This document shows, one piece after another, positions 30,007 to 39,836 of a stretch of DNA of 64,000 nucleotides. A program made the position numbers and the translations under genes. The stretch is from an uncultured Veillonellaceae bacterium (lineage in GTDB: Bacteria; Bacillota; Negativicutes; JARBTT01): NCBI GenBank assembly GCA_963805085.1, contig CAWDTA010000001.1, positions 226,805-290,804 on the forward strand, in the 5' to 3' direction. The notes beneath the pieces were generated by a model that was not told the origin of the DNA, made no database searches, and worked only from the letters and a program-made list of their open reading frames with translations. How positions within the stretch are numbered: position 1 is the stretch's first letter; each line of letters opens with the position of its first letter.

Positions 30007-32208
30007 ATGCGTATATTGATTACAGGTGGATATGGGTTTATAGGGTCTCATGTTGCAGAACGTTTTTCTAAAGAAGGGCATCAAGTTGTGGTGGTGGATG
30101 CTCTTTTGGCGGGGTCCAAAGAAAATCTGACAGTAAAGCATACCTTTTATCAGTTGAATATTGCTGATAAAAAATGTGAAGAGGTATTTAGGGTCAACAA
30201 TTTTGATGTGGTTGTTCATCTTGCAGCACAAGTAGATGTCAACACTTCAGAGAATAATCCATGTTTGGATATTGAATCTAATATTCTTGGCCTTGTTAAT
30301 ATGCTAGATTTAGCAAGTAAATATCATGTCAAAAAATTTATTTTTGCATCGTCTGCAGCAGTATATGGTAATGCGGAAACAATGCCTATTACAGAACGAG
30401 CTCCATTAAAGCCAATATCCGTTTATGGGATCAATAAAGTAAATGGAGAAGAGTATTGCCTGAAATGGAAAGAGATATATGGGTTAAATACGGCTATCGT
30501 ACGTTTTTCCAATGTTTACGGTCCTCGCCAAAGTGTAAAAGGAGAAGGTGCAGTCATTCCTGCCTTTATTACAAAGGTACTAAAAAGTGAGAAAATCACG
30601 ATTTATGGTAGTGGCAAACAAATAAGAGATTATGTTTATGTAGAAGATATTGTAGATGCTTTATATCGTCTTGCGATGTACAACAAAGAAGTTGAGATTA
30701 TGAACGTATCCACGAATACAGAATGTAACTTAGATGAGCTAGTGAATATGTTATCAACCTACGGAAAAATAAAAGAAATTGAATATAAAGAAAAGCGGCA
30801 AGGAGATATTGACAAATCTAAGTTAGATAATTCTCAATGCATAAAAGAATTGGGGTGGTCACCCAAATATACTTTGCAAGAAGGTTTAGGAAAAACTTAT
30901 CAATGGTATAAGAATGAACTAGCTAGCCAATCAGTACAAGGGACTGAAGAAAATATGACAGTAAAATTTTTGTATCATAAATTTGCAGTGGCTAGACCTT
31001 ATATAGAAAATTTACTAATGTTTTGTATTATGCTAGCGTTGACCTTAACGAATACTTATGGGTCGATCATAAATACAAGTATAGGTTTGGATTATAATTA
31101 TATCTATATTGTTGCTATGGGACTTTTATATGGTAAAAAACAATCCATACCAGCGACTATTCTTTCCTCAGCATTGCTTATGTATAGTTTCTTATTACAA
31201 GGTGCTGATTTCGTAGCGATTGCTTATCAATCACAACATATTGTTCATTTTGCTACTTATTTATTTATTGGTGTTGTGACTGGTTACGTTACAGATAGTA
31301 GAGAAAGAGTTGCTTCAGATCAAAATATTGTCTTGAAAAATACAAAAGAGCGCTATCAATTTCTTGAAACAATGTATTTAGAGAATGTGACAATTAAAGA
31401 TAAACTTTATAAGCAAATTGTAAATTCTAATGATAGCTTAGGAAAGACGTATCAGATTATTCATAAACTAGATAGCATTGAGGTAGAAAAAATATTTACA
31501 GCCTCCAATGAAGTTGTAGCGGAAATTATGCACACTGATTCTGTTGCGATTTATATTGTTGGTAAAAATGGTTATTATTTAAGACAAAAAACGAGAACGA
31601 GTGAAAAACTAGATCATTTGCCGAGGTCTTTAAAAATTGAAAGCTTTGATTACTTAAAAAAGATGATGAAAGATAAAAAGGTTTTTACGAATAAACGTTT
31701 AAACAAAGATTGTCCTCATATGGCAGCCCCCGTTATCTTTAATAATGATGTAATCGCGGTGTTGCAAATTTATCAGTTACCATTTGAAAGTTTAAATCTT
31801 TATCATGAGAATTTGCTGAAGATTACGGCGATGCTTATTTCGGAAGCTTTAGGAAAAGCATATTTACATGAGCAAAGCGTGCAAGATAAAAAATATATTG
31901 GAGGAACTCGGATTCTTATTGCTGAGGAGTTTGAAAAAATTCAATTAGAAATGGCACTTCGGCAAAAAAATAGTAACCAATTATCAGTTGCATTGATTAA
32001 AATTTTAACGGAATCGAAAGATTATAACCAAATCTATAAAGAGATCACAGGAGTTATTAGAGATGAAGACTTTATAGGGGTAAAAAAAGATGGTTATGTT
32101 TATGTTATGCTGCTTGATATCAGTGCTGATATGGTTTTTGAAGTACAAAAAAGGATTAAAAAAGTTGGCTTAGACACAGTTGATATGATAGGTGATACCC
32201 ATGACTGA
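30007..32208 (+). CDS. pelD: Fusion protein: NAD-dependent sugar epimerase (PelX/GalE-like SDR) + 4-TM + GAF + degenerate GGDEF c-di-GMP receptor (PelD-like)
   Basis: 733 aa with SD AGGGGG. Residues 1 to about 310 form an extended SDR (ILITGGYGFIGSH, YGINK). Hydrophobic helices cover about 325-430. The C-terminus carries R685-D-E-D688 followed by FIGVKKDGYVYVML, an RxxD I-site five residues ahead of a degenerate GGDEF position as in PelD. Confidence 0.8.
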   Translation: MRILITGGYGFIGSHVAERFSKEGHQVVVVDALLAGSKENLTVKHTFYQLNIADKKCEEVFRVNNFDVVVHLAAQVDVNTSENNPCLDIESNILGLVNMLDLASKYHVKKFIFASSAAVYGNAETMPITERAPLKPISVYGINKVNGEEYCLKWKEIYGLNTAIVRFSNVYGPRQSVKGEGAVIPAFITKVLKSEKITIYGSGKQIRDYVYVEDIVDALYRLAMYNKEVEIMNVSTNTECNLDELVNMLSTYGKIKEIEYKEKRQGDIDKSKLDNSQCIKELGWSPKYTLQEGLGKTYQWYKNELASQSVQGTEENMTVKFLYHKFAVARPYIENLLMFCIMLALTLTNTYGSIINTSIGLDYNYIYIVAMGLLYGKKQSIPATILSSALLMYSFLLQGADFVAIAYQSQHIVHFATYLFIGVVTGYVTDSRERVASDQNIVLKNTKERYQFLETMYLENVTIKDKLYKQIVNSNDSLGKTYQIIHKLDSIEVEKIFTASNEVVAEIMHTDSVAIYIVGKNGYYLRQKTRTSEKLDHLPRSLKIESFDYLKKMMKDKKVFTNKRLNKDCPHMAAPVIFNNDVIAVLQIYQLPFESLNLYHENLLKITAMLISEALGKAYLHEQSVQDKKYIGGTRILIAEEFEKIQLEMALRQKNSNQLSVALIKILTESKDYNQIYKEITGVIRDEDFIGVKKDGYVYVMLLDISADMVFEVQKRIKKVGLDTVDMIGDTHD

Positions 32209-33100
32209 TGAAGTGATTTTAATTTTAATCTTGGCAAATGGTATTTTATCACTCTTATATTTTATTTGGGCTGCAAAAAAGAGTAAATCTCAGGCGATTA
32301 GTGAAGTTGCGATGATGCTTTTGATTCCTTTTTTTGGTCCTGGTTTTATTCTTATTATTAAATTGGCAGAAGTGTTTAAATTGAAACAAGAAGATCCATC
32401 CTACATGTACCAAGAATTTAAAAATAAACACTTGATTTTGGGTGATTTTATGCAGCATGAAGCAAATATTATTCCAATTAATGACGCATTGTTTATTGAT
32501 GATACAAATACAAAGCGTACTTTACTTACCGATGCAATCAAGCAAAATGTTTTGCAAAATAATAATATTTTGCTGAAAGTAGTTCGAGATTCCGATAGGG
32601 AAGTATCTCATTATGCTGTTTCGATGGTTACAAATATCATTGGAAATTTGGAAGTAATTCTATTTCAACTTGAAAAGAAGTTACTAGAAGATCCTAAAAA
32701 TATAGAGTGTTTAATGAAATATGCTGATGCAATGTCCGAATATTTACAAATTGGTTTTCTTGATCCAATTTCGCAAAAGAAAAGTGAAGAAATTTATATT
32801 AATATTCTTGAAAACATAATATCTTTAAAAGTTACTGATAAACGGTATTTCATTGAAAAAATCAATTATGAAATCAAACAAGAAAACTATAAAAAAGCAG
32901 AGTTTGATTGCAGGAATTTCATGGATATATTTCCTAATGATGAAGATCCATATCTTATGTATATAAAATTATATGGTCAGTTGAACGAATATCAAAAAAT
33001 GCAAGAAAAATTACAAGAATTAAAAGCTTGCCCGATTAAATTTACTAGGAATGCTCTGGAAATTATTCGGTTTTGGGGGGGAGAAGAGGAATATGTATAA
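32201..33100 (+). CDS. pelE: PelE-like membrane protein with helical-repeat (TPR-like) domain
   Basis: ATG 32201 follows AGGTGA and overlaps the upstream stop. It has two N-terminal TM helices and then a helical, TPR-like soluble part. The call rests mainly on architecture and its position between the PelD-like and PelA-like genes. Confidence 0.55.
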   Translation: MTDEVILILILANGILSLLYFIWAAKKSKSQAISEVAMMLLIPFFGPGFILIIKLAEVFKLKQEDPSYMYQEFKNKHLILGDFMQHEANIIPINDALFIDDTNTKRTLLTDAIKQNVLQNNNILLKVVRDSDREVSHYAVSMVTNIIGNLEVILFQLEKKLLEDPKNIECLMKYADAMSEYLQIGFLDPISQKKSEEIYINILENIISLKVTDKRYFIEKINYEIKQENYKKAEFDCRNFMDIFPNDEDPYLMYIKLYGQLNEYQKMQEKLQELKACPIKFTRNALEIIRFWGGEEEYV

Positions 33101-34919
33101 AAAAAATATTGCAATTGTTCTTTCTCTCGTTTTTCTTTTGGGCTTGTTTTTCCAATACAACCGCAGTGATGGTTTTATTCGTTTGATCAAAAACAAAAAT
33201 GTTTCCGCAATTAGCGGAGACTTCAGTCTTGGTAAAGAAGAGCAAAAAAATATACCAAGGGAGCGGATGCTTCTCGTCTATGACCCAAGTAGTGTGCATA
33301 GTCTTTTCTTACGTCATAATATTGAGCATTTAGCTAAATACTTGAAGAAAGAGATTGTAGCAGTACCAGCTAAAGAAGCACTTAGTGAAAATTTGGATTA
33401 TGATGGTATTATTATAGCACTGGAAAATTTAGACGATTTCAATGATATGGAAAAAGTGAATCAATATGCTAGTCAAGGTGGTAATGTATATTTTATGATT
33501 CGCCCGATACCAGGTGTTAAAATAAATGAAGTTTATCATGACTTGGGGATCAGTCGTATGGGGGATATTGTTAATACTAAAGGAATTAAAATGAATACCA
33601 ATTTACTCATCGGAGCAAAAGGTTTTGAGTTAAATAACGATATCTATACGACTTCTGCGATAAAATGTGAACTTACCAATGAAGCTAATATTCATATGAG
33701 CTCCCAAGAAGGAATTCCTCTTCTGTGGGAAACAAGCATAGGAAAAGGCAAATATATCGTCTATAATGGCTCAGGGTTAGGCGATAAGATGAATCGTGGA
33801 TTAATGACAGCAATGATAGGTTTAGGCAAATCGGTGTATCTTTATCCAGTTGCAGCAATTAAGTTATCCTTTATTGATGATTTCCCCGCACCTATCCCAG
33901 AGGGGTATTACGATAAAATTTATGATGAATTTAAATTATCTACACCGCAATTTTATCGTCAGGTTTGGTGGCCCTATATGTTGTCTTTAGCAGAAAAATA
34001 TGATATTAAGTATACGGGATTGATTATTGAAACCTATAATGATGCTATAGTTCCTCCTTTCAATCCTGATATAGAGACTCCTGACAAGAATAATCTTATT
34101 ATTTATGGTAGAGAACTTTTGAAAAGTGGTGGAGAACTTGGTATTCATGGGTATAATCATCAATCATTAGCACCAGAAGGCTATAATCAAAAAGCTTTAG
34201 GATATAAACCCTGGCAGAGTCAAAAAGATATGATACTGTCATTGACAGAGTTGAAAAGATATGTAGAAAACGTATATCCAGATTATAAAATAAAGGCATA
34301 TGTACCACCGTCTAATATTTTAAGTCCAGAGGGTAAGCAAGCGCTTATACAGGTGTTTCCTGATTTGAAAATGATTTGCTCCCTCTATACTGGACAGGCT
34401 GAAGAAAGAGAAGCTTATATTCAAGATTTTGAAAAAAGCCCAGATGGTATTTTAGAATTGCCACGTGTTTCTTCTGGGTATATGCGCAATGATCAGTTTG
34501 ATTGGGAAACTATCAATGTTATCAATTTCATAGGGGTATTTTCTCACTTTGTTCATCCAGACCAAATCTTTTATGAAGAGAGTCAAGGCTTAACTTGGCG
34601 TGAAATGAGCGAAGACTTTGAATCATTGATGAAAGAAATACAAGAAAACTATGGATGGCTTAGGAGCTCTACTGCCTCTCAAGGCGCAGAGTATCTTGAA
34701 GAATACTTTAATGTAGATTATCGGATTGTCGAAAAACCCGATGAAATGACAATATATTGTTGGGGTTATAAAAAAGAATCATATTTTATTATGAAAACGA
34801 CAAAAAAAATTATAAGATATGAAGGCTGTCAAGTGGAACATATTGATGATAATGCATATTTAGTGAAAATTTCCCAGCCGGAAGTTAAGCTGAAGTTTGA
34901 AAGTGAGGGTAAGCCGTGA
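33093..34919 (+). CDS. pelA: DUF2194-type polysaccharide deacetylase (PelA deacetylase-domain homologue, PelA_DA-like)
   Basis: ATG 33093 follows GGGGGGAGAAGAGGAA and overlaps the pelE stop by 8 nt. It has an N-terminal signal/anchor (IAIVLSLVFLLGLFF). CE4-like motifs are SFIDDFPAP and LGIHGYNHQS. Confidence 0.7.
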   Translation: MYKKNIAIVLSLVFLLGLFFQYNRSDGFIRLIKNKNVSAISGDFSLGKEEQKNIPRERMLLVYDPSSVHSLFLRHNIEHLAKYLKKEIVAVPAKEALSENLDYDGIIIALENLDDFNDMEKVNQYASQGGNVYFMIRPIPGVKINEVYHDLGISRMGDIVNTKGIKMNTNLLIGAKGFELNNDIYTTSAIKCELTNEANIHMSSQEGIPLLWETSIGKGKYIVYNGSGLGDKMNRGLMTAMIGLGKSVYLYPVAAIKLSFIDDFPAPIPEGYYDKIYDEFKLSTPQFYRQVWWPYMLSLAEKYDIKYTGLIIETYNDAIVPPFNPDIETPDKNNLIIYGRELLKSGGELGIHGYNHQSLAPEGYNQKALGYKPWQSQKDMILSLTELKRYVENVYPDYKIKAYVPPSNILSPEGKQALIQVFPDLKMICSLYTGQAEEREAYIQDFEKSPDGILELPRVSSGYMRNDQFDWETINVINFIGVFSHFVHPDQIFYEESQGLTWREMSEDFESLMKEIQENYGWLRSSTASQGAEYLEEYFNVDYRIVEKPDEMTIYCWGYKKESYFIMKTTKKIIRYEGCQVEHIDDNAYLVKISQPEVKLKFESEGKP

Positions 34920-36343
34920 AAATTTGTATGCTGGTAGAAGGAAGTTACCCTTATATTGTCGGTGGTGTGTCATCCTGGGTACAAATGCTAATTTCAGGCA
35001 TGCCAGAACATCAGTTTATTATCTATTCCATCGCTGCTGAGGAAAAAAATAAAGGAAAGTTTAAATATAAATTACCTGCAAATGTAATTGAGGTGCGTGA
35101 AGTTTTTTTAGATAGCATTTTAAATTTAAAATGTCCATCTGCAGGTAACTATAAATTAAGCCCAAAAGAAAGAGGAAACTTAGAAAGACTAATTTGTGGC
35201 GAAAGCGATATTGATTTAGAAACCTTGTTAATGACATTTCGCTCAAATAAAAAAAATCGCGATATTTTGGAAATTTTCATGAGTTTTGATTTTTTTGATG
35301 TTATTACAAGTGCATATAAGAAAAAATTTAGTTATTTACCATTTACGGACTTTTTTTGGACGATTCGTTCGATGTTATTGCCACTTTTTTTTATTCTTCA
35401 GCAAGATTTGCCTGATGCTGATGTTTATCATAGCGTTGCCGCTGGATATTGTGGTGCTGTTGGTGGTCTAGCGGCTACTATCTATAAAAAACCATTTATA
35501 TTAACGGAACATGGTATCTATTCTAGGGAAAGAGAAGAAGAAATTATTAAGTGTGATTGGGCAAAGGGCGATTTTAAATCTGTGTGGATAAATTATTTTT
35601 ACAGTTTAGCTAGGCTTACCTATCAAAAATCTACCAGTGTTATTTCTTTATTTGAAAAAAATGCAGAAATTCAAATTTCTTTAGGGTGTGATTCGCAAAA
35701 AGTACAAATCATACCAAATGGAATTCATGTAGATCAATTTGAAAATATCAAGCAGCCTATTGAAGAGAAGGAAACAATCACAATTGCTGCTATAGTCAGG
35801 GTTGTCCCAGTGAAAGATATTATTACAATGATTAGAAGCTTTTTCCTTGTGAAAGAAAAAATGCCGAATACACGGTTTCTCATTATTGGTCCATGTGATG
35901 AAGATGCAGAGTATTATGAAGAATGCTTAAAACTTATTAAAACTTTAGCTATAAAAGACATTGAATTTACTGGATCGGTAGATGTAAAGCAATATATTGG
36001 TGACGTCGATATTCTAGTTTTGTCGAGTATTAGTGAAGGGCAGCCACTCGCAGTTTTAGAAGGTATGGCCAGTAGAAGGCCATTCGTAACGACTGATGTT
36101 GGTTGTTGTCGTGAATTGTTGTATGGTAGCAATGACAATTTTGGAGAAGCTGGGATTGTTGTTCCGATGATGGATTTTGAGGGGATGTCCGAAGCCATTA
36201 TTGCACTAGCAAAGGATAAAAAGCTTAGGTTCGAGATGGGAGAAAATGGGCATCGGCGAGCTTGTGAATTTTATACGATTAAGGGGTTTATTGATGATTA
36301 TAGGCGAGCATACTGTGAGGTTACTGAGGGAGTGAGTGAATAA
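34916..36343 (+). CDS. pelF: Pel polysaccharide glycosyltransferase (GT4)
   Basis: GTG start overlaps the upstream stop by 4 nt. The N-terminus MKICMLVEGSYPYIVGGVSSWVQMLI closely resembles the PelF N-terminal (DUF3492) signature. The GT4 E-x7-E region is EGQPLAVLEGMASRRPFVTTDVG. Confidence 0.9.
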   Translation: MKICMLVEGSYPYIVGGVSSWVQMLISGMPEHQFIIYSIAAEEKNKGKFKYKLPANVIEVREVFLDSILNLKCPSAGNYKLSPKERGNLERLICGESDIDLETLLMTFRSNKKNRDILEIFMSFDFFDVITSAYKKKFSYLPFTDFFWTIRSMLLPLFFILQQDLPDADVYHSVAAGYCGAVGGLAATIYKKPFILTEHGIYSREREEEIIKCDWAKGDFKSVWINYFYSLARLTYQKSTSVISLFEKNAEIQISLGCDSQKVQIIPNGIHVDQFENIKQPIEEKETITIAAIVRVVPVKDIITMIRSFFLVKEKMPNTRFLIIGPCDEDAEYYEECLKLIKTLAIKDIEFTGSVDVKQYIGDVDILVLSSISEGQPLAVLEGMASRRPFVTTDVGCCRELLYGSNDNFGEAGIVVPMMDFEGMSEAIIALAKDKKLRFEMGENGHRRACEFYTIKGFIDDYRRAYCEVTEGVSE

Positions 36344-36345
36344 GA

Positions 36346-37779
36346 ATGGCTGGAATTGGGTTTGAGTTAAAAAAACTTTTTAATAAAAAAAGCGCGATTG
36401 GTTATTTTAAAGCGTATACATATACGTCTATTGTCACAACAGGGCCGTTTGTTTTAATGACAGGTATGGTTTTGTCGATCCAATTGTTATTTCATCTGTT
36501 CAATATTTCATATTTTGATACACAAATTTATGTTGCTTCAATTATCTATCCATTTATTTTTTCACATATCATTGCGAGTGGGTTTGCTATGCTGATTACT
36601 AGATTTGTAGCAGATCAACTGTACAGTAATGAGTATGATGAAATTATTCCGTCCTTGTATGGTATGCTTTCCTTAGCATTGGGGATAGGTGCTATTTTAG
36701 CATTAGCTTTTTTCTGGAATAAGCCTTTGACGATCGAACTGAAGTTAGCGACTTATATCTTTTACATGGAAATGATTGTGATATGGATTCAAGGGGTATA
36801 TTTGAGTGCATTAAAAGATTATAAAAAAATAATACAATCTTATGCAGGCGGAGCTTTTATTGCAGTTTTTTTAGCTTTTATCATCTTGAAATCAGGAGTA
36901 TTTTCGCCAGCATTTGGTACAATGTTGTCGATGAATATTGGTGTGTTTTTCATTGCTAGTATGTTAATGCTTAATATCAAAAAATTTTTTGGCAAGAGCA
37001 GTTACAAAAATTTTTCATTTTTAGCTTACTTTGAAAGCCACTTTAGTTTATTTTTAATAAACTTATTGTATTCTATTAGCTTATATATTCCTAACATTAT
37101 GATTTGGTACGGCCCGTTGGGCATAAACATTGCGGGAACTTATATTTATGCTCCAGAATATGATATTGCAACTTTCTATGCATTTTTATCTATATTACCG
37201 GTTATGATTATGTTTGTTGTTTCTACAGAAATCCATTTTTACCAGAAGTATTCTACTTATTTTATGTATATTACAGAAAAAGGAAACTTCAAAGAAATAG
37301 AAGACGCAAGGCAAGATTTGTTGCATATTATGTGGTCAGAAATTCGTAATATTGTTGAATTTCAACTTGTTTTCACGCTGATTTTTTTATCGTTAGGTAA
37401 TTATTTTTTGCCAAAAACTGGATTGGTTCATGCGTCAGTTAATATGTATAATTTAATTGTGTTAGGTGCTTATGCTACAGGTCTAATGCAAGTGATTATC
37501 ACGTTGCTTCTTTACTTTGAAGATCGAAAAGGTGTTTTGTATCTTTGTAGCCTATTTTTAATTACTAATATTATTTTTAATTTAGGGAGTATGGTGGTTG
37601 GAGAAAATACCTATGGTTTTGGTTTTTTCCTTTCAGCTTTTTTAAGTTTGGTCATGGCAATTTGCCGCTTAATCTATTTTAGTAATAGACTTGATTATTT
37701 TATTTTTTGCTCTCGTCCTGTTTTTTGTAATCATAAAGCCGGAATTTTAACAAAACTTGTGAATCGAATTTATAGTTGA
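36346..37779 (+). CDS. pelG: Pel polysaccharide export inner-membrane protein
   Basis: 477 aa and polytopic (about 12 TM). The N-terminus MAGIGFELKKLF is the characteristic PelG start (MAGIGFELRK in Pseudomonas). Confidence 0.9.
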   Translation: MAGIGFELKKLFNKKSAIGYFKAYTYTSIVTTGPFVLMTGMVLSIQLLFHLFNISYFDTQIYVASIIYPFIFSHIIASGFAMLITRFVADQLYSNEYDEIIPSLYGMLSLALGIGAILALAFFWNKPLTIELKLATYIFYMEMIVIWIQGVYLSALKDYKKIIQSYAGGAFIAVFLAFIILKSGVFSPAFGTMLSMNIGVFFIASMLMLNIKKFFGKSSYKNFSFLAYFESHFSLFLINLLYSISLYIPNIMIWYGPLGINIAGTYIYAPEYDIATFYAFLSILPVMIMFVVSTEIHFYQKYSTYFMYITEKGNFKEIEDARQDLLHIMWSEIRNIVEFQLVFTLIFLSLGNYFLPKTGLVHASVNMYNLIVLGAYATGLMQVIITLLLYFEDRKGVLYLCSLFLITNIIFNLGSMVVGENTYGFGFFLSAFLSLVMAICRLIYFSNRLDYFIFCSRPVFCNHKAGILTKLVNRIYS

Positions 37780-37857
37780 AGAAAAGAATGACAAAGTGAA
37801 TAATGTGAATAATTTTCCAGCTTTTAAGGACGATTTTTTATTAGGGAGGCAGCTTTT

Positions 37858-39801
37858 TTGAAAAAAAAGAAGAAAAGTAAAAATTTCTATAAAATATTTG
37901 CAGTTTATGTCTGTAGTTTTTGTATTTTGCAGAGTAATGTAGAAGCGACAAATGCTGTTTCTGTTGTGGATGAAGCGAAAAATACGGCAATTTTTATGCG
38001 TGAGTCAGCAAAAAATATTGCTGAGCACCGTAAAGCCGTTGCAGATGAAAAGCAAGCCGAAGTTGTTGCTGCTGATACTGCAAAGGATGTAGCACAGTTA
38101 GAAGCGGATAAAACTGTTACGGAAAAAACATTAGCCGATGCTATTGAAGTATTAAAGAAAAACGAGGAGAATGCTAAGTTGGCTGTTTTAGAGGCTAACG
38201 AAAAAGATCGTCTAGCAAAACAGGCAATGGCTGATGAAAAGGTAGCATTAGAGGAAAAAGCATTAGCTGAGCAAGCCGTAGACGAGGCAAAAGCTGAAGA
38301 AGATAGGATAACTTATCGAGAAAATGCAGCAGTTCGGGCGGCAGAAGCACAAGCGGCCGTAGCGAGTGAAGCTGGTGCCACAGAGGCTGTTAAAGCAGTT
38401 GGATACGATGAAACTAGAATTGATGAGGCTGAGCAAAAGGTGCAGGCTATTACTGATAGAGCGTATGCTGTCGCTGAAGCGAGAAGTTTAGCTGCTGAAG
38501 CTAGAGTGAATGAGGCAGCCAGTGCGGTCGAAGTGGCTGAGAAAAGGTTAGAAGAAGCCGAAGAAAGAATAGGCTTTGCAGCAGATGCTCGTTTGGATGC
38601 CGACGAGGCCGAAAAATCTGCTCAAGAGGCAAAAAAAGATTTGTTGGAAGCAAAGTCAGATGTAGAAGAGCTTCGTACTAGCCTTGTTGAAGCGAAAAAA
38701 GAGTTAACACTTGCGCAAGCCGAACTTGTTGATGCACAATTGGTATTAGAAAATGCAAAAAAAGATTTGCAACCAGTCACGAATAGCCGTACTATGCAAC
38801 TAGAAGCTAAATATTATTCTTGGAAGGATAACCAAGGCCATAGTGGACATCAGTTTTATCAGCCTTATGATTTTAATGTGGTTGATAAAAATACTGAATA
38901 CGGATTACATACTGGTTACGTAGTGTCAAATAATAATTCAAATAGCAATGGAAATATTTCAACTTTGACAGATACGGTTGTTAATATTACTAAAACAAAT
39001 CCAAAAGAAAAGTATGCAGTTCATTATACTTTAGATGTTAATTTGCCAACAGGAAAGTCTAAGCTTAATGGTTCTGGACAAATAATGTCAGATGATTTGG
39101 TAGAAAATGCTCGTTTCGGCGAAGGATTGAATTATACACCTGGTATTAGTGTCAGTCACAAAATTGGCGAAGAGGATACTTGGACTTTGGGCACTTCCTA
39201 TGCTTTTCGCGGTAGTTATGAATATGATAGTACGATGCCTGGATCAAAGTTTGATCCGGGGACAGAATGGGCAAAAAGTCTTAATTGGCTACATGCAGGA
39301 CAAAAATGGCAATTGCTCGGGGAGTTATCCCATACGAATTACGGAATGTCAGAAGAAAACGGAATTCAGTATAGGGAAGGAAATCAATTTGATGCAAAAT
39401 TATTTTATAACTTTGTTTTAAATGCTAAACAAGATTTAATGGTTTATTATTGGTATTCGCTTGGTCGCCCTACTACGTACCCTATACCAGGTGATTATGA
39501 TGTAGAGAGTGATTTAACTCGTCACTATTTTGGTGCAGAATGGGCGAAAAAAATATCAACTACGCGAACTTTTCATGTGATGGCAAATGTAATGCACAGT
39601 ACAGGTAGCACTTATGACCCGATTGCCGCTTTATATGTAAATGATCGGACTAAATATAGTGGTGGTATTGGCTATGATGTTGCATTGTCACCTAACCAAA
39701 CGATGTCCCTTGCGGTTGAAAGTTTCTATATGAAAGATCATTCGCCAGATAATAGTTATCATGGTTGCAATTTATATTTAAGATATTCAGCAAATTTCTA
39801 A
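37858..39801 (+). CDS. Secreted protein with about 270-aa Ala/Glu/Lys coiled-coil region and about 335-aa beta-rich C-terminal domain ending in Phe; candidate outer-membrane Pel export component
   Basis: TTG start 8 nt after GGGAGG. The signal peptide is MKKKKKSKNFYKIFAVYVCSFCILQSNVEA/TN. Residues about 36-305 are heptad-like and helical. Residues about 312-647 are rich in Tyr/Gly/Asn/Ser with alternating hydrophobic residues. The C-terminus is YLRYSANF, an OMP-like terminal aromatic. Confidence 0.6.
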   Translation: MKKKKKSKNFYKIFAVYVCSFCILQSNVEATNAVSVVDEAKNTAIFMRESAKNIAEHRKAVADEKQAEVVAADTAKDVAQLEADKTVTEKTLADAIEVLKKNEENAKLAVLEANEKDRLAKQAMADEKVALEEKALAEQAVDEAKAEEDRITYRENAAVRAAEAQAAVASEAGATEAVKAVGYDETRIDEAEQKVQAITDRAYAVAEARSLAAEARVNEAASAVEVAEKRLEEAEERIGFAADARLDADEAEKSAQEAKKDLLEAKSDVEELRTSLVEAKKELTLAQAELVDAQLVLENAKKDLQPVTNSRTMQLEAKYYSWKDNQGHSGHQFYQPYDFNVVDKNTEYGLHTGYVVSNNNSNSNGNISTLTDTVVNITKTNPKEKYAVHYTLDVNLPTGKSKLNGSGQIMSDDLVENARFGEGLNYTPGISVSHKIGEEDTWTLGTSYAFRGSYEYDSTMPGSKFDPGTEWAKSLNWLHAGQKWQLLGELSHTNYGMSEENGIQYREGNQFDAKLFYNFVLNAKQDLMVYYWYSLGRPTTYPIPGDYDVESDLTRHYFGAEWAKKISTTRTFHVMANVMHSTGSTYDPIAALYVNDRTKYSGGIGYDVALSPNQTMSLAVESFYMKDHSPDNSYHGCNLYLRYSANF

Positions 39802-39836
39802 ATGGCAGAATATCTAAGCGTGAATGATAGAAAGGG

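Noticed and set aside
37960-38780. Checked the Ala/Glu/Lys-rich part of the OMP-candidate gene for nucleotide tandem repeats or a CRISPR-like periodicity.
   Set aside because: Only a compositional bias (GAAGC/GCTGA-type words) is present. I could find no exact or regularly spaced repeat units. It is protein-level coiled-coil bias, not a DNA repeat array.
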